A stretch of DNA of 64,000 bases from Oopsacas minuta (Eukaryota; Animalia; Porifera): contig JAKMXF010000343.1 in the NCBI GenBank assembly GCA_024704765.1, positions 434,001 through 498,000 on the forward strand. Direction: 5' to 3'. Of the stretch, positions 13,068 to 27,370 are shown piece by piece. The translations under genes were made by a program, and so were the position numbers. The notes beneath the pieces were generated by a model. It saw nothing but the letters and a program-made list of their open reading frames with translations. It was not told the DNA's origin and did not search any database. Numbering within the stretch: position 1 is the stretch's first letter; each line of letters begins with the position of its first letter.

Positions 13068-14036
13068 ATGGAGTACGAATCAGAGAAGTATCTATCCACA
13101 AAAGAGACTGCACATAATACACTAAAAGAATTTGGTGTTTCGATTATTCCTAACATTTTGGATGAGAAGGAAATCGTTGCTATGAATAATGGCATTTGGA
13201 GCTTTTTGGAAGAGATTACGTCAACTTTTAAATCTCCTATAAAGAAGGAGGACACTAGTACTTGGAGAGAATTCTACAATTTATTTCCCATCCACTCAAT
13301 GCTACTTCAGCATTTCGGCATTGGACATGCACAACACATTTGGGATATCAGACAAAATCCAAAAGTTGCTGAAGTATTCGCTCATCTTTGGAAGGTTCCT
13401 TCTGAGGAATTATTGGTTAGTTTTGATGGATCTAGTTTCCATCTTCCCCCAGAAGAGACCAAACGTGGATGGTACAAGAATAATAAATGGTTGCACTCAG
13501 ATCAAAGTTTTACGAGAAACAAACTGGAATGTATACAAGGATGGGTCACAGGGTATAATGTGAATGAACACGATGCTTCACTGACTGTGCTAGAAGGAAG
13601 TCATAATTTACATAAAGAATTCAGAGAGCATTTCAAAGTCACAGAGAAGAAAGATTGGTTCAAGATTAATGAAGAACAAACCGAGTTTTATATTAAAAAA
13701 GGCTGTAAGCAGAAGATTATAAAATGTCCTGCTGGGTCGCTTGTTTTATGGGATTCAAGGACGATACACTCTGGTATAGAATGTAATAAGAAAAGGAAAA
13801 AGTCAAACTTCAGGAATGTGGTGTATGTGTGTATGACACCAAGACGATTGGCTGACTCCGTCCAGTTGAAGAAGAAGAGGAAAGCTTTTACAGATCTGAG
13901 AACAACATCTCATTGGCCACATAAGATATCATTGTTTCCTAAGTCACCAAGGACTTATGGAAAGGCTCTTCCTACCCTAAAAGCTATTTCTCCTCCTGTT
14001 GTGACAAAGTTAGGTAAGAAGTTAGCGGGTTTCTAA
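13068..14036 (+). CDS. Intronless Fe(II)/2-oxoglutarate dioxygenase, phytanoyl-CoA dioxygenase (PhyH)-like, 322 aa
   Basis: Intact ORF with HxD (WLHSDQS), LTVLEGSH and distal His (GSLVLWDSRTIHSG) motifs of the PhyH family. Confidence 0.85.
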   Translation: MEYESEKYLSTKETAHNTLKEFGVSIIPNILDEKEIVAMNNGIWSFLEEITSTFKSPIKKEDTSTWREFYNLFPIHSMLLQHFGIGHAQHIWDIRQNPKVAEVFAHLWKVPSEELLVSFDGSSFHLPPEETKRGWYKNNKWLHSDQSFTRNKLECIQGWVTGYNVNEHDASLTVLEGSHNLHKEFREHFKVTEKKDWFKINEEQTEFYIKKGCKQKIIKCPAGSLVLWDSRTIHSGIECNKKRKKSNFRNVVYVCMTPRRLADSVQLKKKRKAFTDLRTTSHWPHKISLFPKSPRTYGKALPTLKAISPPVVTKLGKKLAGF

Positions 14037-14846
14037 TATCTTACCAACCCACTAACTTCTTGTTTGGATTTTTGATATTTTTTGTTATTTAGAATTTTGA
14101 TTGAAGGAATACTTTTTGAGAGATTTTAACCTCAGATTCAAACATCGAAGTAAGGTGTTGGCTAATAGCCACTAAATATATCACTTGACGTTGGCCATCA
14201 TCAAATTTATTGTCGGGTACTGGCTAGAATATGCTCCCTACCCAAAATTATACATACCACCCATTTTCATGGGATTATTTTAATGTTTTACACTTCGGGT
14301 GGAAATTTTTGATATTATCCCATTCACATACTTATCACTAAATAAATATTTTCTAGAGAAACATGCGAAATTATCATCTAGCACATCCATATATGGTATC
14401 TAAATTGACTAATTCATGAATTACTCGATGAATTACTGATATTTCAAACATTTAATTACATTTTGTCCAAACTGATAGCCTAAGATGGGATATTGATTTT
14501 TGAATAATTCATGATTTGAATAATTAATAATTCTTTGCCATTTTTCAATGAATTAGCCAGCTAACCATTCTAGAATTCATTTGTGTGGTATGAATTCTAC
14601 AAGGGTAAATCCAAATTTTAGGACGTGGGCAGGCCTTATTATATAATATGCGTCACAGTACAACTTATCCCATATTATTTCACCAATTTTGTGGGACAAC
14701 TATGGTGGAACAATTTTTGTGTAGGAAAGGAAACAGTGACCTCGAATACTAGTCTGTCAGCCGACATTCTTAATGATATATTCTTTCTAACATCTCTAGC
14801 TATTCACTTCACTACTAACTACTAATGAGATAATAGAGATTACCTA

Positions 14847-17800
14847 ATGAAGACACGCTATACTTTATTTCTATTACAACTACTGCTACTGGTAATCTCT
14901 ACACAATTTCGGCTTTCATCTCTATCCAATATTGAAATTGCTCTAAACCAACCACAAGTGTTACTACCTGCAAATCCTGAGTCAGGAGTAAGAGCTAATT
15001 TTACGCTAAAAGCAGTAGATGGTTGTTTCACATGGAAAAGCACTCGACCTGAAGTAGCTTCAGTTCAGCCGTTATATCTACTCCAGGATAAACCTCAGTG
15101 TTCACGTCACGGAGTTGTGACGTCAGAAACTGATGCTATAACTCGGTTGAGTGCAGTTGTTCTAGCTGAAGAGTTGATTAGTGGACATTTACTGAGGTTT
15201 GTTGTTATTTAGAGAAAGTTTTTGAAATATTCTGAAAATGTATATTACTATTGAGTATACAGAAGGCTGCGCTTAATAAGGCCACTTCTGGAGAACAGGA
15301 CATTTTGACACGAATAACTGGCTTATTAATTCTACTATATTATGCTGCTATAAACAAAATTTATAAACGTGAGATATAAACAACAAACATTAAAACAACA
15401 AATTGGAATATTATTTATTCATTTTGTTCATATTTATAATTATCCGATTGCTTACTTTATCATAAAATCTATAATTCAGTCTGTCTCTTGCATGATGTCC
15501 GTTTAAGGAAAGATTTATTGTATGCTACTTTGAATTGGCTTTCGCAATAAGAAGATGCGCATAACTTTGTATTTATCTTGTTTATCGAGGGAGTAATTAG
15601 AATTCAATAAAACTTCACTAAATATATCTATTATACTGAATGATAGACAAATGTTGCTATTAAGTGTTAAGCGAGTTTCTGTATGATTGTAATCACAATA
15701 TAATCCTACTGATATCAATCTAATTACTCAGGCCAGCAAGATCCTGGCTTGTAGTTTCCATAAGCTGTCTTCATTGGCTTAATTGTATGTATTTTACAGA
15801 TGTGACATTTTGATTGACTCTATTCAACGGATCGCAATCAAAACAACAACAAGAGAATTATTAGTAGAAGAGGCACCAGAAGAATTTCAGATTCTAGCTT
15901 ATGACCAAGAAGGTAACGTATTTAGCAGTTTAGGCGGGCTAAAGTTTCATTGGTCTATCCATCTTGACGACGAGAATAGGATGCAAAAATTTGCGCCTGA
16001 GTCTATTATTACTTTTGTGAAGTTTGCTGATTCTAATTATGAAGCTGATGACGTAATCAAGGTATGTAATAATATTGCTAACAATTCATATGGTAATTTT
16101 AACACATTTCGTTACATCTGACTTGGTTATAAGGGGAGTTTCCTGTATAAGAGCGTGTTAGATTAAAAGTAAGTATTTCAATACGGCATGCAGCACAGGG
16201 AACTGAAGTTCAGGGTAGACGCATGCAAGTAGGGAAGTCTGACATTTCGTTCCACCACATTTCCACTCATCTATGGTAAATCCCACTTCACCAACTACAC
16301 CAACTAGAGTAGTGCTTCAAAAATTCTACATATGTCAAGAATGAAATGTCGGTATCCCGTACGTAGAGAGCACTTTATGTTGTTACTACCCTATTCTGGG
16401 GGGTTGGACACCAATATACGGGATCTGGTGTTCCAGACCCCCAGATTTCTGAAAGATTGGAAGTTTCACGTATATACTCTGAGGTATCCTAGAGATTTAT
16501 GTGTGGTTTGTAAATTTTTCATAGCTCCAAGGCATGTCTTTCCCTATCTACAAAAATGCATTAGATAATACGTACTGCGGATAAATGATTGGATTTTTCA
16601 CGGTCCTGCTTAAAATACTAACGAGTTTTACTTCTAAGTTTATATTATTTCCTATTCAATTGAGTAGGATCTTGAATCTCGTGGTTCCAGAGGAGATAGA
16701 ATACTAATACAAGGTCTTCAGACTGGAACAGCTATAGTAAGTGCTAGACTTGTTGAGAGCTTTCCTGTAGATACGCCTACACCTGAGGATGCTGTTAGAG
16801 TACTGGTTATGGAGAATATAATGCTGTTTCCATCCTCTGACGTATACATACTACCTCTATCATATGTAGACTATGTTGTAGAACGTAGGAAGTATGGACG
16901 GATGGAAATACTCAGTGTTCCTTCTGAACAGTATAAGTTTATTGTGGCTAATGATACTGTAGGGTGAGTTGTATATTGTATGGTGAATTTAGTTTGAATT
17001 TACCCTATAGATACCATCGATAATCTAAACAATTCAAGCTGATACAATCTGATTTAGAATTTTCAACAAGACGAGTCGATTATACTGCAAACGATAATGT
17101 AATACTAATCTCAACTCCTGTTATATCGAAGTTCAAGAGACAGCGAGGATACCTTATAACCATTGAAATTTACTTTAGTTTGACGGTTTGAGGCCATAAT
17201 TGTACAATTTCATACTTCGATATAACGGAGGTGACTGTACATTACACTTGTTTACAGCCTTTTCATTAGCTGTACAAGATTCGTAAATACATGTTCATAG
17301 ATCCTATAGCAATGTTTCAATGTTATTCACTAAATATTAAATTATAGGTAAAATCATATATTCGTGTCTGTAAGATTACGTATTGAGTTTTACACTTTTA
17401 ATATATAAGATTAGTTAGAACCAAATACAGTAGGCACTATCGTAATAATTACCGAATTATTCTCATTTGGAAAGACATTGAAAGAACTGAAAATTTTAAT
17501 TTTAATTTAACTCTGTAGATATATACATCGAGACCTACCTCGCTTCACAGGGGTACAGCTAGGACAAACTGACGTTATACTACGAGATGCTAACATGGCT
17601 GGTCTAGGGGGACCTCATAGCACCAGAGGACCTTCTGCTGGGGTACATGTAGTACTTCCTGCTCGTATGGATTGGTTTGTGAGTCCTGGAGGTGTGTGGG
17701 TATTAGAACGTACTAGGAGGTATCAGATGAGTGTAGAATTGTTTGATAGACTCAAACATACTATCTTATTACAAGATGACGTAAAGTTAGATACTGTTAT

Positions 17801-20800
17801 GGATACCAGTCATTTCACGGTTAGTTATGGATATACTTTGTAGATTCAAAAGGGTTAAAGAGATTAGTTTTTAAGGGAATATGGTCGCTTGGAAAATTGG
17901 AAAATTAGTCCTTATACTTGCATGGATGTTAGCGCGGCCAACTTTTCGCCAGTCATTAATTTATCATTTGAATAATCATATTTTTGTTGTTATTGGTTAC
18001 TACTATACCCGTTAGTTCGATAATCTTGTCTGGATCATCAGTATCGCCTAACCTGTGCAGTAGAGCTCCTTCCAAAGAGAATACTTGATATTTCTATCGG
18101 TATAGTCTCCGATCAGGAATTAAGTTTATTATCGAAACAGATTGACATTCCTTCTTTAACTTGTGCATTCTCTTGCCATTGACGCGTGATGAAATAGCGT
18201 AGCTTCTCACCAGTTGGAGATAACACGTGTATACATGAGTTGTCTGTATAGATTATAGCGTACATTTTATCGTCTAGAATTTTGCACTACCTCATGTGTG
18301 ATGAAACCTCGGTGTTATAGTTTAGAATTCATCACTACTATCATGTTATTATTATTATTATCTGCTACATACACAGATCCGTCAGTTGCTACAGTGAGGC
18401 TGAAAGGATAACTAAACTCTCCTATACCATTATATTCCTTTCCTACTCTATTTAATAATTTATGTTTGTTGCAGTGTGCCAACCACACAAACACGGTGTG
18501 CTAGCACGCCGGATTTAACTACCCATTTCCCCGTTTCTATCGAATTCCCAGTTTATAGAAGTTCATTTGCTAGGAAATCGTTCTATTAATTTCCCCCTCC
18601 ATTTCCAGAAGTTCCTCGTTTGTGGAGGTTTCACTATACCTTAAAGTGAGATATGGAATTGAGCATGCTATCACTAACGCATACTTCCTTCCCAATATGC
18701 CTCGCGGATATACAAACTTTCCCATACAGACTGATTCAATGTATTCTCCTGTAATAGATAATACACCTGAATCCATTCTACCATTTGTTACGTAGATGAA
18801 CTGTGTATACTCCTCAAAAGCTACTCCTCTAGTATATTCAAGTCCTCCATCAGCTTTTTTTTTCTTCCCGACAGATATACTCTCCTCTATCTGTTGAGTT
18901 TCACACTGAATCATCACCTCTGTCTCCCTCACTGTAACCTGTAGCTCTTTCATCTTAGCGTCCATCTCCTCTATCATGAAAGATAGTTTTCGATTCTTCT
19001 AGCTGATGAATAGTTTGGTACGTCCTGTTATCGCAGCCATTCTCTCTTCCTGGTCTCTAAACTCAGTGATTAGCTCAACACGTCTTCTGTTGAGACAGTG
19101 TACCAGATGATCGAACAGCTGATTAATACGAGCTTCTGCCAGGTCCATAACTTCAATTTCTGGATAGCGTTTTGCCATTGTTTGGTAATTTCTTAAATTC
19201 GTTGAGAATTAGTTGAGCAGATATAATTACTTACTTACGTATAGAGCAGGACACCAAATGGCTAATATATTTATCAGATTCTGGGATATAATATATGCTA
19301 AGTTCTCCCACGGGAGTGATAATACAAACTTGTAACTAATTTTAATTATTCTTCCCTTCTTCGGGAGATACAATATCTTATGAGATCTATTGAGGGTAAT
19401 TGGATGTGTAGAGTCCGAATTTGAGATTTTCAGAGCCTCAAATTTACAAAATTACAGATCTATCATATGATTAATTTCTCACCTTTAGCAATATATTCAG
19501 ATGTTATTATACATTTAATTCCAACGACTAATTAAGGTTTATTGCAGGGTTTCCTTGGGGATGAAATTTCGATACCCATTACAAGATTCCCATAGGAAAA
19601 ATGCTATTCCCATTTCCATTCAATTCCCATGGCAACCCTGCTTTATTGGGTATAATAATGGCCCAATCAGCACTCCCAGCCTATCTACTGTGCCCCTTAT
19701 TATGATTTATGAGTATACTAATCTTATAGATACACTATGAATCAGAAAACAGTTCCTACTTTGAGGTTACTCCTATCAAAATAGGAGTAACAAAGCTGAG
19801 ATCTTCTCTAGAAGAAATTACAGTTATTAACATGTTAGGAGATAAGGAGCCCTTACAAATAGGTCTTACTAAGCTACAGGAGGTAACCATATATGAGCCT
19901 ATAGCCATTATACCGTCTATACTATGTCTGTTATGGGATTTGGGGTCTAACCGGACATATCACGGGTTCTTAGCAGCTGAGGGAGGATCTGGAGAATACT
20001 ATTGGTCAATAGGAGAGACGAATATAGCTTCTATTTCACAGATTGGAAAGGTGATTGGCCTAACAGAGGGAAGAACTGTAGCTAAAGTTAACGATAGAAT
20101 GAATAATCTACATTTCGCGACTGCTCCTGTATTCGTAGTCCCGCCTGACGTCATCTCATTCCTCCCCTCCCAAGTAGAGATAGAGATCGGATCAGAGGTA
20201 ATACTCCCTCTTAAAGTACAAGCAGACGTTATCGTAGAAAGCAAGCATTTAATGATAGAATTCAATGACTGTCGTCACATTCCATTAGACATAGCAACCA
20301 GTAGTGAAGAGGTATTTATACTATCAATAGCCAAATCAATAGAGCTTACAGATCTACCTGAATCTTCGTGTATCGGTATAAGAGCAGTAGCTACATCGGT
20401 AGGACATACTAAATTAACTGTGACATATAAAGGAATGGGCCGTTTTATAACCGCTAGTGTAACTATAGCAGCCTATCCTCCTTTACAGGTGATTGACCCT
20501 CAGGTAGGCGTAGCTGTGGTTACGTTAGCCTCATCATGGACGTATAAATTCGAAGGTGGCCCGCAGCCCTGGGTGCTCGATCCATCTTCGTATGTAGAAT
20601 CACTGGAAAGTGAAGCTAGAGAAGATATTCGTATAATACAAAATAAAGTATATGAACATGAATACGTCATACTATGTCTGAAGCTGAATGAACAACAGCT
20701 GACATTATCTATATACAATCGTCCTAGTGCTAAGAATCCTCTTCCAGCTAGAGTATCACTCACGGTATCGTTTGCATGTGCTACTCCTGTATCTATGCAA

Positions 20801-23800
20801 CTTATCACTTTACCACATCCTCCGCCCTCATGTCCTCTTCTGCAGTCACAGGGGTCTGTACCTAGTTTTGCGGTACAGAGAGGGAGAATGGTTGATGTAG
20901 AGGTGTCAGTGTTTGATGATGAAAACCGAAGATTTGATAATTTCTCTTCAATCGATTGGCATTGGACTAGTTCTAACATACAGGCATTAACTGTGGTAGG
21001 TGATAGGATAATCCAGAATCACAGATTGAATACATTGAGCTGTCAGCTGTCAGATGAATCACTTGACACACAATTATACGCTAGAGCTGAAGAATACTTA
21101 TTCGAACATCTACATATAATCTCAAAATCCCGAGAACAAATAGTTCCACCACTATATCATACAGTATTCTTATTAGCACGTACAACACTTAGTCTATCAC
21201 CTGATAGTGTAAATATATATAACTACGAGTTGAATACTGTATTTCTTAATATTACAGAAGGTTCAGGTCATTTTCTATTGAAAACATTCCAGCCTAATCC
21301 GCTACAGCTGATTGAAGCTACACATCTACCTGCTGTATCTGCTGTTCAGATTGTACCTCTCAATGAGGGATACACTACCCTTATAGCAGAGGATCTATGT
21401 CTGGTGCCATCTCCAGGAGGAGAGGCTCATTTAGCTAGAGCAAACATACTTGTGTCTGGAATATATGCTGTAGAGATACAAACTGTTGATAAAGTGCAGG
21501 TTAGTTGATACAATGGGTATAGAGCTAATATTTTGACCGCTAACCTATTTCATCAAAAAGCAGGGATGATAATCCAATCCAATCGATCAAATATTGAGCA
21601 ATCGATACTTTTCCTTAACAATCCAAACGATATCGACTATCGAGAATTGTATCTATTTTTATCTGGTTGACAACACAATATACCCTTGGTTACCTTTTGT
21701 AATTTGTAATACGAAAAGAATGGGGTGTCAGCCTGCACACTTCACATACTACCTACCCCCTCCTCTCTCAGTGTTACTTTGCGTTTAAACGGGCCCTATT
21801 TAAAGAAAAAAATCGATAAAATCGATTTACATTCGTAGATAAATATCCAATCAATAAATATTTGCGACAATCCAATCGACAATCGATAATTGTCTCTATT
21901 GGATTGGATTACCATCTCTGTCATTCGCTGGCAGTAACTTTTGTAGAAATTTCAACATTCAAATTATAGTAGTCTATTGATAAAACTAATCTCATACTCG
22001 TACTCAATCAAATGTGTTTTGAAGTTCGATTTCAGCTCTCCACGACGCTAAATAATGTTTCTAATGTCAGGCCAATGTCTGATCCGTGTTTGTTTGCAAA
22101 CATACGAACAATATACTACTGTGTGTAGATTTTATGAATTTCACTGTGTATAGATTGGTGACTCAATCCTTGGACTAGTCCGTGTACTAGACTCATCACA
22201 CAATCCCTTTCCCTCTTCACAACACATCCATATGTCTTTAACCCTTAGCATACGTAGAGACATACTCTCTGTAACGCCAGCTAGTTCTACACACAAGCAT
22301 TCACTCCTTCTTTCCCAACTCTCTCACAACTCAGTATATCACATTACTGGTAAAAGTGTAGGCTTCACTAATATTGCTTTCAATACAACCACAAAGTCAG
22401 GTTCAGTTATTTCTAGTCGTCCTACAGAGATACAGGTCTTCCCTCCCTTAGCTCTCAATCCTAAGCTGATTATTCTGCTACAGGGGTGTGTATTCCAGAT
22501 TATAGCAAACGGTGGTCCTCGTCCTTATGCTAGTGTACAGTACTCTAATGAAGATGACGTCATTGCTACTGTTGATGCTGGTGGCCTTATATCCTCACAC
22601 GTAATAGGTTAGAATAGCTACAGTATATTCATATATAGGTCAGATGGATTGTATCTATAAGGTGACTACTTGAAATCTAGTAGATAATTATTGCCCTGCT
22701 AACCTTGTCGGGATCCCAGGATAATCTCGGGCTATACCTTCATGTAGATATTTCTTGAATTGAACGTGGTATGCCAATTATAATTACTCAGAGGCGGAGT
22801 TGATTACAGGCAGCCCTCACTGTTCGCGAGTTCCGACTACTGACCCAATATTTGTTCTATTTTGTTTTGCTTTCGTGACTTATTCCCTAGAGTAAGATTA
22901 TTTAAAATATATGGACACAACTTCACTATTCTCAAAACTACATTACACCGTTTTCAGAAACTAAACCCCCACGAAACGATGTCCATATATAGTCATATAG
23001 TGTATACAATATTTGAATCGCCAGTTCCCTCTAGGTGAGACGCTAGTAGTTGGACGTTCTCAAGCTCTAGACCCAGTATCTGGTAGAATAGTAGTATTCT
23101 CTGAAGACTCAGTTAGAGTTAGAGTTGTCAAGCTGACAGGTGTCAGTATATTCATAGCACAGAAATTTCTTGTAGAAGGCAGCGACGTATCTGTTCGTGC
23201 ACAAGGTTATGAAGATGATTTCCTATTTTATTTCTCTGATCCTTTTCAAGGGTTGTTATTCCATTGGTGGGTTACAAACAGTGATGCAGTAGAGGTTAGG
23301 TCTGTATACTCGGATAGTGGAGTATTCCTGGAGGAAGAGAGAACATTTGTGGGTAGGATTATAGCAAAGAGTGTAGGAGCTTCTACTCTACATCTCAAGG
23401 TTGAGTGTAGACCAGGATTGTGTCAACCTGATGGGTGAGTTAACTAATTGTATTCAAAATACTAGTCTTTTCTTACTCAATTAACAACATATTGTGATTT
23501 TTATTCTGAGATTTTTTGGATAGAATCCTAGATTTCCTCTACTAAATGGCCACTCTTGCTTACACATATCTAAAGTCACCATTTGTGGCTATTTCAGGCG
23601 ATTTCTATGCTTTGTGAGAAGATAATTCTTTATATAATTCCTTTCTAAGAAGCAATCTGTAACTGTTGATTCAAAATAGAGACATACATCATACCATTGA
23701 TATCTTCACTTGGTTATAATAAGTTTTTCTTGTGGGTGTTGCTGTGAGTATATTGATGAGTGATTCACAATATTTACATGAATTACAATTTTTTCTCATT

Positions 23801-26800
23801 CACTGCCACCTTCCTTCTCAGCGCCCCCCCTGAAGCAAGCAAACACCCCCGTTGGGAACCACTGCTGTAGGGTATACAATCTTTCCTGCTTCATTTGCCC
23901 TGTTGTCCTATGGTGTGTAGGAGAGTGTTCCAACTTTAGAGAATATCTTCACTTTATGATCATTGAAATTCTGGTTAGCATCCTGACAGAAGAGTGAAGA
24001 TTGTTTTATTTGCTGTCCATCACCTTTACTAACTAGGGAGCTTTTCATCTCCCGCGTGAGAGAACATTAGTATACAGGTAGATTGAATACATAGCACATA
24101 TGTGTCAGCTTAACGTCAAGAGACTTGCTCATTGTTTGATGTGTTATGTGAGTTTTGAAGTCTAAGGATGAGTCTAGGATTTTTATTCTGTGGTTGTTAC
24201 TAACTACAATATACAATATCTCCGTTGTTAGAGACAGTAAGACCGTTAGGGTAACAGAACTGATCATCAGCTGATCCCATACCACTCCCAGTCGTATCGA
24301 TTAGACTGAAGCCTGCTTCAAACTTAAAATGTAACAATGCGAGTACTTCTATGTCTGTCATGTACAGATTGTCTCTGTGTATAGCAACACCATATGGCTC
24401 TCTCAATATATATTTCATGCTCCAAGGTATAAAAGTAGACTTAAATGGCTTGGCAGTAGGTTTGAAACCGAATTCTTATTAACCAAATAATATTTGGCTA
24501 ATTCAGCGGTTCCCAACCTGTGGTCCATGGATCCCTTGGTGCTCTACCGACAACAGCAGGGGTCTACGGGTGAAATAGGTTGGGAACTGATTGCTTATAT
24601 GTACGTATATTAATTCCTCAATCAATTCTACACAAAAAGCATTTACGATATATATATCTCTTCAGGTCAATATTTCACGATCAACTGCGTATACAAGTTG
24701 TACCTAAACTAACTCTACTGTTCCCTTCTGCTTCTGGTTCTCTCCTACTACCTCAGAACGGATACACGCGTGTAAAGACTAACATAGATACAGATTCACA
24801 TCTCAGCTATGCACTAGTCACTCCTTGTCAGGATATCTCTGATGACAAGCAGCTGACGCATGTCATTAGGCTGTCAGATAGAGGAGAGGTTAGTTATCGA
24901 TTTCCTAAAGTATACTGTCTATGTATTATAGGTCACAACGGGCCAATAATATTTCGACGGTTAATACGAATTCCGTATAAGACGAACAAATAATGACTGT
25001 ATGTTGGTGTACCACTGTTCCCCCGATCGGCATCTGGCCAAGAGAAACTGTAATTTTAATACTGTATTATAGTTCACATTTGATGACCTCAATTACATCA
25101 TTTCTCTAATTTACCAGCGGGCCTTATGTACATAAATTGAATGAAAATAGTTAAACCTCATCGGACAGTGAGAAGTGTCACTGTGGATAAGAATTTTAGA
25201 ATTGTTTTGAATATGTTACAAGGATTGAGAGGAAATTATTTCAGAATTTTACGGTGCGATTATTGGTAGCCTAAACACGGGCCGGGTTTCGACCTCTGCT
25301 ATTCATATATTTATTCAAATGGAGAATATCGATTTACAGTGGAATAAGTAGGAGAGTGATTGAATAATATAATATACGAATTAGGTATAATAGAACGCGA
25401 TAAAAGGTTTGTATGTATTATTAGCTGATGGACGTACTCTTATCCGAATAGAAATTAGGGATTGTATTAACATGAATGGGAACTAAAGTGTTGTTTCGAA
25501 AGAAGTAGTACACATTAACTGAGTGTTGGTCTTATCTGAATTCTCCGGTATATAAGCTATACTAGGCCATTCCTGAATTTCATATTTATTTAACCCCATG
25601 TATTAGTATGCTTCAATTTCTGCACAAACCAGATTAACCGGTGGTCTCACTAAGCGATATACTATATCCCCTTAATTCTAGATACACACAGGCAGTTCAA
25701 CAGGTAATGACGTCATCTTAATAACGTCACAAGACTCTGGGCTTAATCAGACAATATCAGTATACGTAGAAGTTAAGAATATAGAGGGAATAACTCTAAG
25801 ACCTGAATCTCACATATCAGCTCTAAAGAACTCGTCTGTACACGCGTATCCGTTGGGATTCAGAGCTAAATTCAAAGCTGTTCTACAGGATAATTTGGGT
25901 AGAGACTTCGCTCCAGCTCAAATCCCTCTAAATTTAAACCTTAATCGTCTTGATGTGCTAGAATTCAGTTCTATTGATACTAATAGCTCTCTAACAATTA
26001 GACCTATTAAACAGGGCTATGCTATACTCAAGGTATGTGTGAAGAATCTACCTCATATCTGCGACTATTTACACCTAAGAGGTGACTATGCAATCCTTCC
26101 ATCACATCCTCACATACACGTAGGGTCACGTGTAGAATTTAGCTTATACCTAATCGATGAGAATGGAGATTGGACAACAGGAAATGAAGCTATCATTAGT
26201 TTATCTCCTTCATCAGGAAAGGGCATAACCAAGGCATCAGGACACACAACCATATCTCATAGGATTAGCGGTTTGGGTGAGACTGCAATGGATGTGTGGG
26301 TGCATAAAGTTGATCATATAGTATTAGGTGAAATCAGTCATGACGTCATCACAAATGCTATCACTACATCTCCATATCCATATTCACTACCAGTAGAGTT
26401 CTATCATTCAGAGGGAGCTAATGTATTTACACCTATACCTACTGAGATAGGGTTTATACAGCAAATGAACTTGTCTTGTACTTTCTATACATCTACAGGC
26501 GTAACTGACCTTGATGTTAATTTCCCTCCATTTTCTATTTCTTCTAAATTCGATTCAGAAACGAATGAGTATTCATGTGAACTAACACCAAGTAGTGATC
26601 CACAATCTCAGATTATTTGGGCGAATTCAGAGCATTTCTCTGTTCAGTTGTCAATGTATGCGACAGTAGAACAAACAGGAATGTACACATTTGTATCAAA
26701 TCAAAAGTCTATACAGATAACTCCAGCTTTCTACTTGACTGAATCTTTCATAACATTAAGTCCTTTGAACCAAAAAGTTAGTATTACAATTATAGCAAAT

Positions 26801-27370
26801 GAAAAACATGCAACACACCTGAGGACACAATCAGAAGAGGATCTGATTTCATCTCATATCCAGTCATCAGGGAATAATATTATCTTAACAATATCTCTAA
26901 TTAAAATTGATACACAGTCGTTTACTACACATGTAACGCTGTCTAGCTCGCTGAGTGCACAGACTGCAATTCTCAGTATATTTTATAATAATTCACTTTC
27001 TGCATTGCCGACTTCTTCAAGGCCTATTTCTGGCCAGAGCGATTTCCTAGGCGAGAATATTATTGGGATATTTATTGGTATTGTGTTAGGGATGGCAGCT
27101 ATTTTGATGTTCCTTGGGTGTCAGGGGAATTTCCCTCTTTCCGGGGGCGGGTATACTCATGGCGGATTCCAACAGACACTCCCTCCTGTCCCGAGTCCTG
27201 GGAACTTTTCTCCTCTCCACACCTCTTTCCAGAGATCTCCACAAACTTCTCCAATGCCTACACGGAGATCAGCTACCACAATTTCAACACACACTCCCAC
27301 TTTTACCAGTCCAGGTGCTAGCTTCAGATCTCGCTCTGCTATCAATTTATACAGTCAGTCAGCTAACTAG
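14847..27370 (+). CDS. NUP210: Nuclear pore membrane glycoprotein 210 (gp210), 9 exons, 1914 aa
   Basis: Exons 14847-15196, 15800-16061, 16668-16963, 17519-17819, 19730-21499, 22154-22607, 23035-23434, 24666-24888, 25682-27370; all GT-AG, phases consistent, total 5745 nt. Signal peptide, Nup210 N-terminus (VLLP..ANFTLKAVDGCFTWKSTRPEVASV; LRCDILID..TTTRELLVEE), Ig-like repeats, one C-terminal TM helix and an S/T/P-rich tail. Confidence 0.93.
17108..17237. mobile_element. Tigger/pogo-like short MITE in NUP210 intron 3
   Basis: Right end TTCGATATAACGGAGGTGACTG-TA; degenerate left end CTCAACTCCTGTTATATCGAA. Confidence 0.5.
17960..19178 (-). pseudogene. Coiled-coil + NHL pseudogene nested antisense in NUP210 intron 4
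   Basis: MAKRYPEIEVMDLAEARINQLFDHLVHCLNRRRVELI..., ORF 18570-18977 (LEYTRGVAFEEYTQFIYVTNG, KFVYPRGI), then GEFSYPFSLTVATDGSVYVAD; frameshifts and a MITE-like insert at about 18470-18635. Confidence 0.75.
19545..19640. mobile_element. hAT-type MITE, 96 bp
   Basis: TIRs CAGGGTTTCC / GGCAACCCTG; 8-bp TSD GTTTATTG / CTTTATTG (7/8). Confidence 0.7.
21561..21920. mobile_element. hAT-like MITE in NUP210 intron 5
   Basis: TIRs CAGGGATGATAATCCAATCCAAT / ATTGGATTGGATTACCATCTCTG with repeated internal AATCGA motifs; TSD not preserved. Confidence 0.55.
23870..24418 (-). pseudogene. NHL pseudogene nested antisense in NUP210 intron 7
   Basis: PYGVAIHRDNLYMTD, DQFCYPNGLTVSNNGD, NNHRIKILDSSLDFKTHITHQTM split over several frames. 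Confidence 0.7.
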
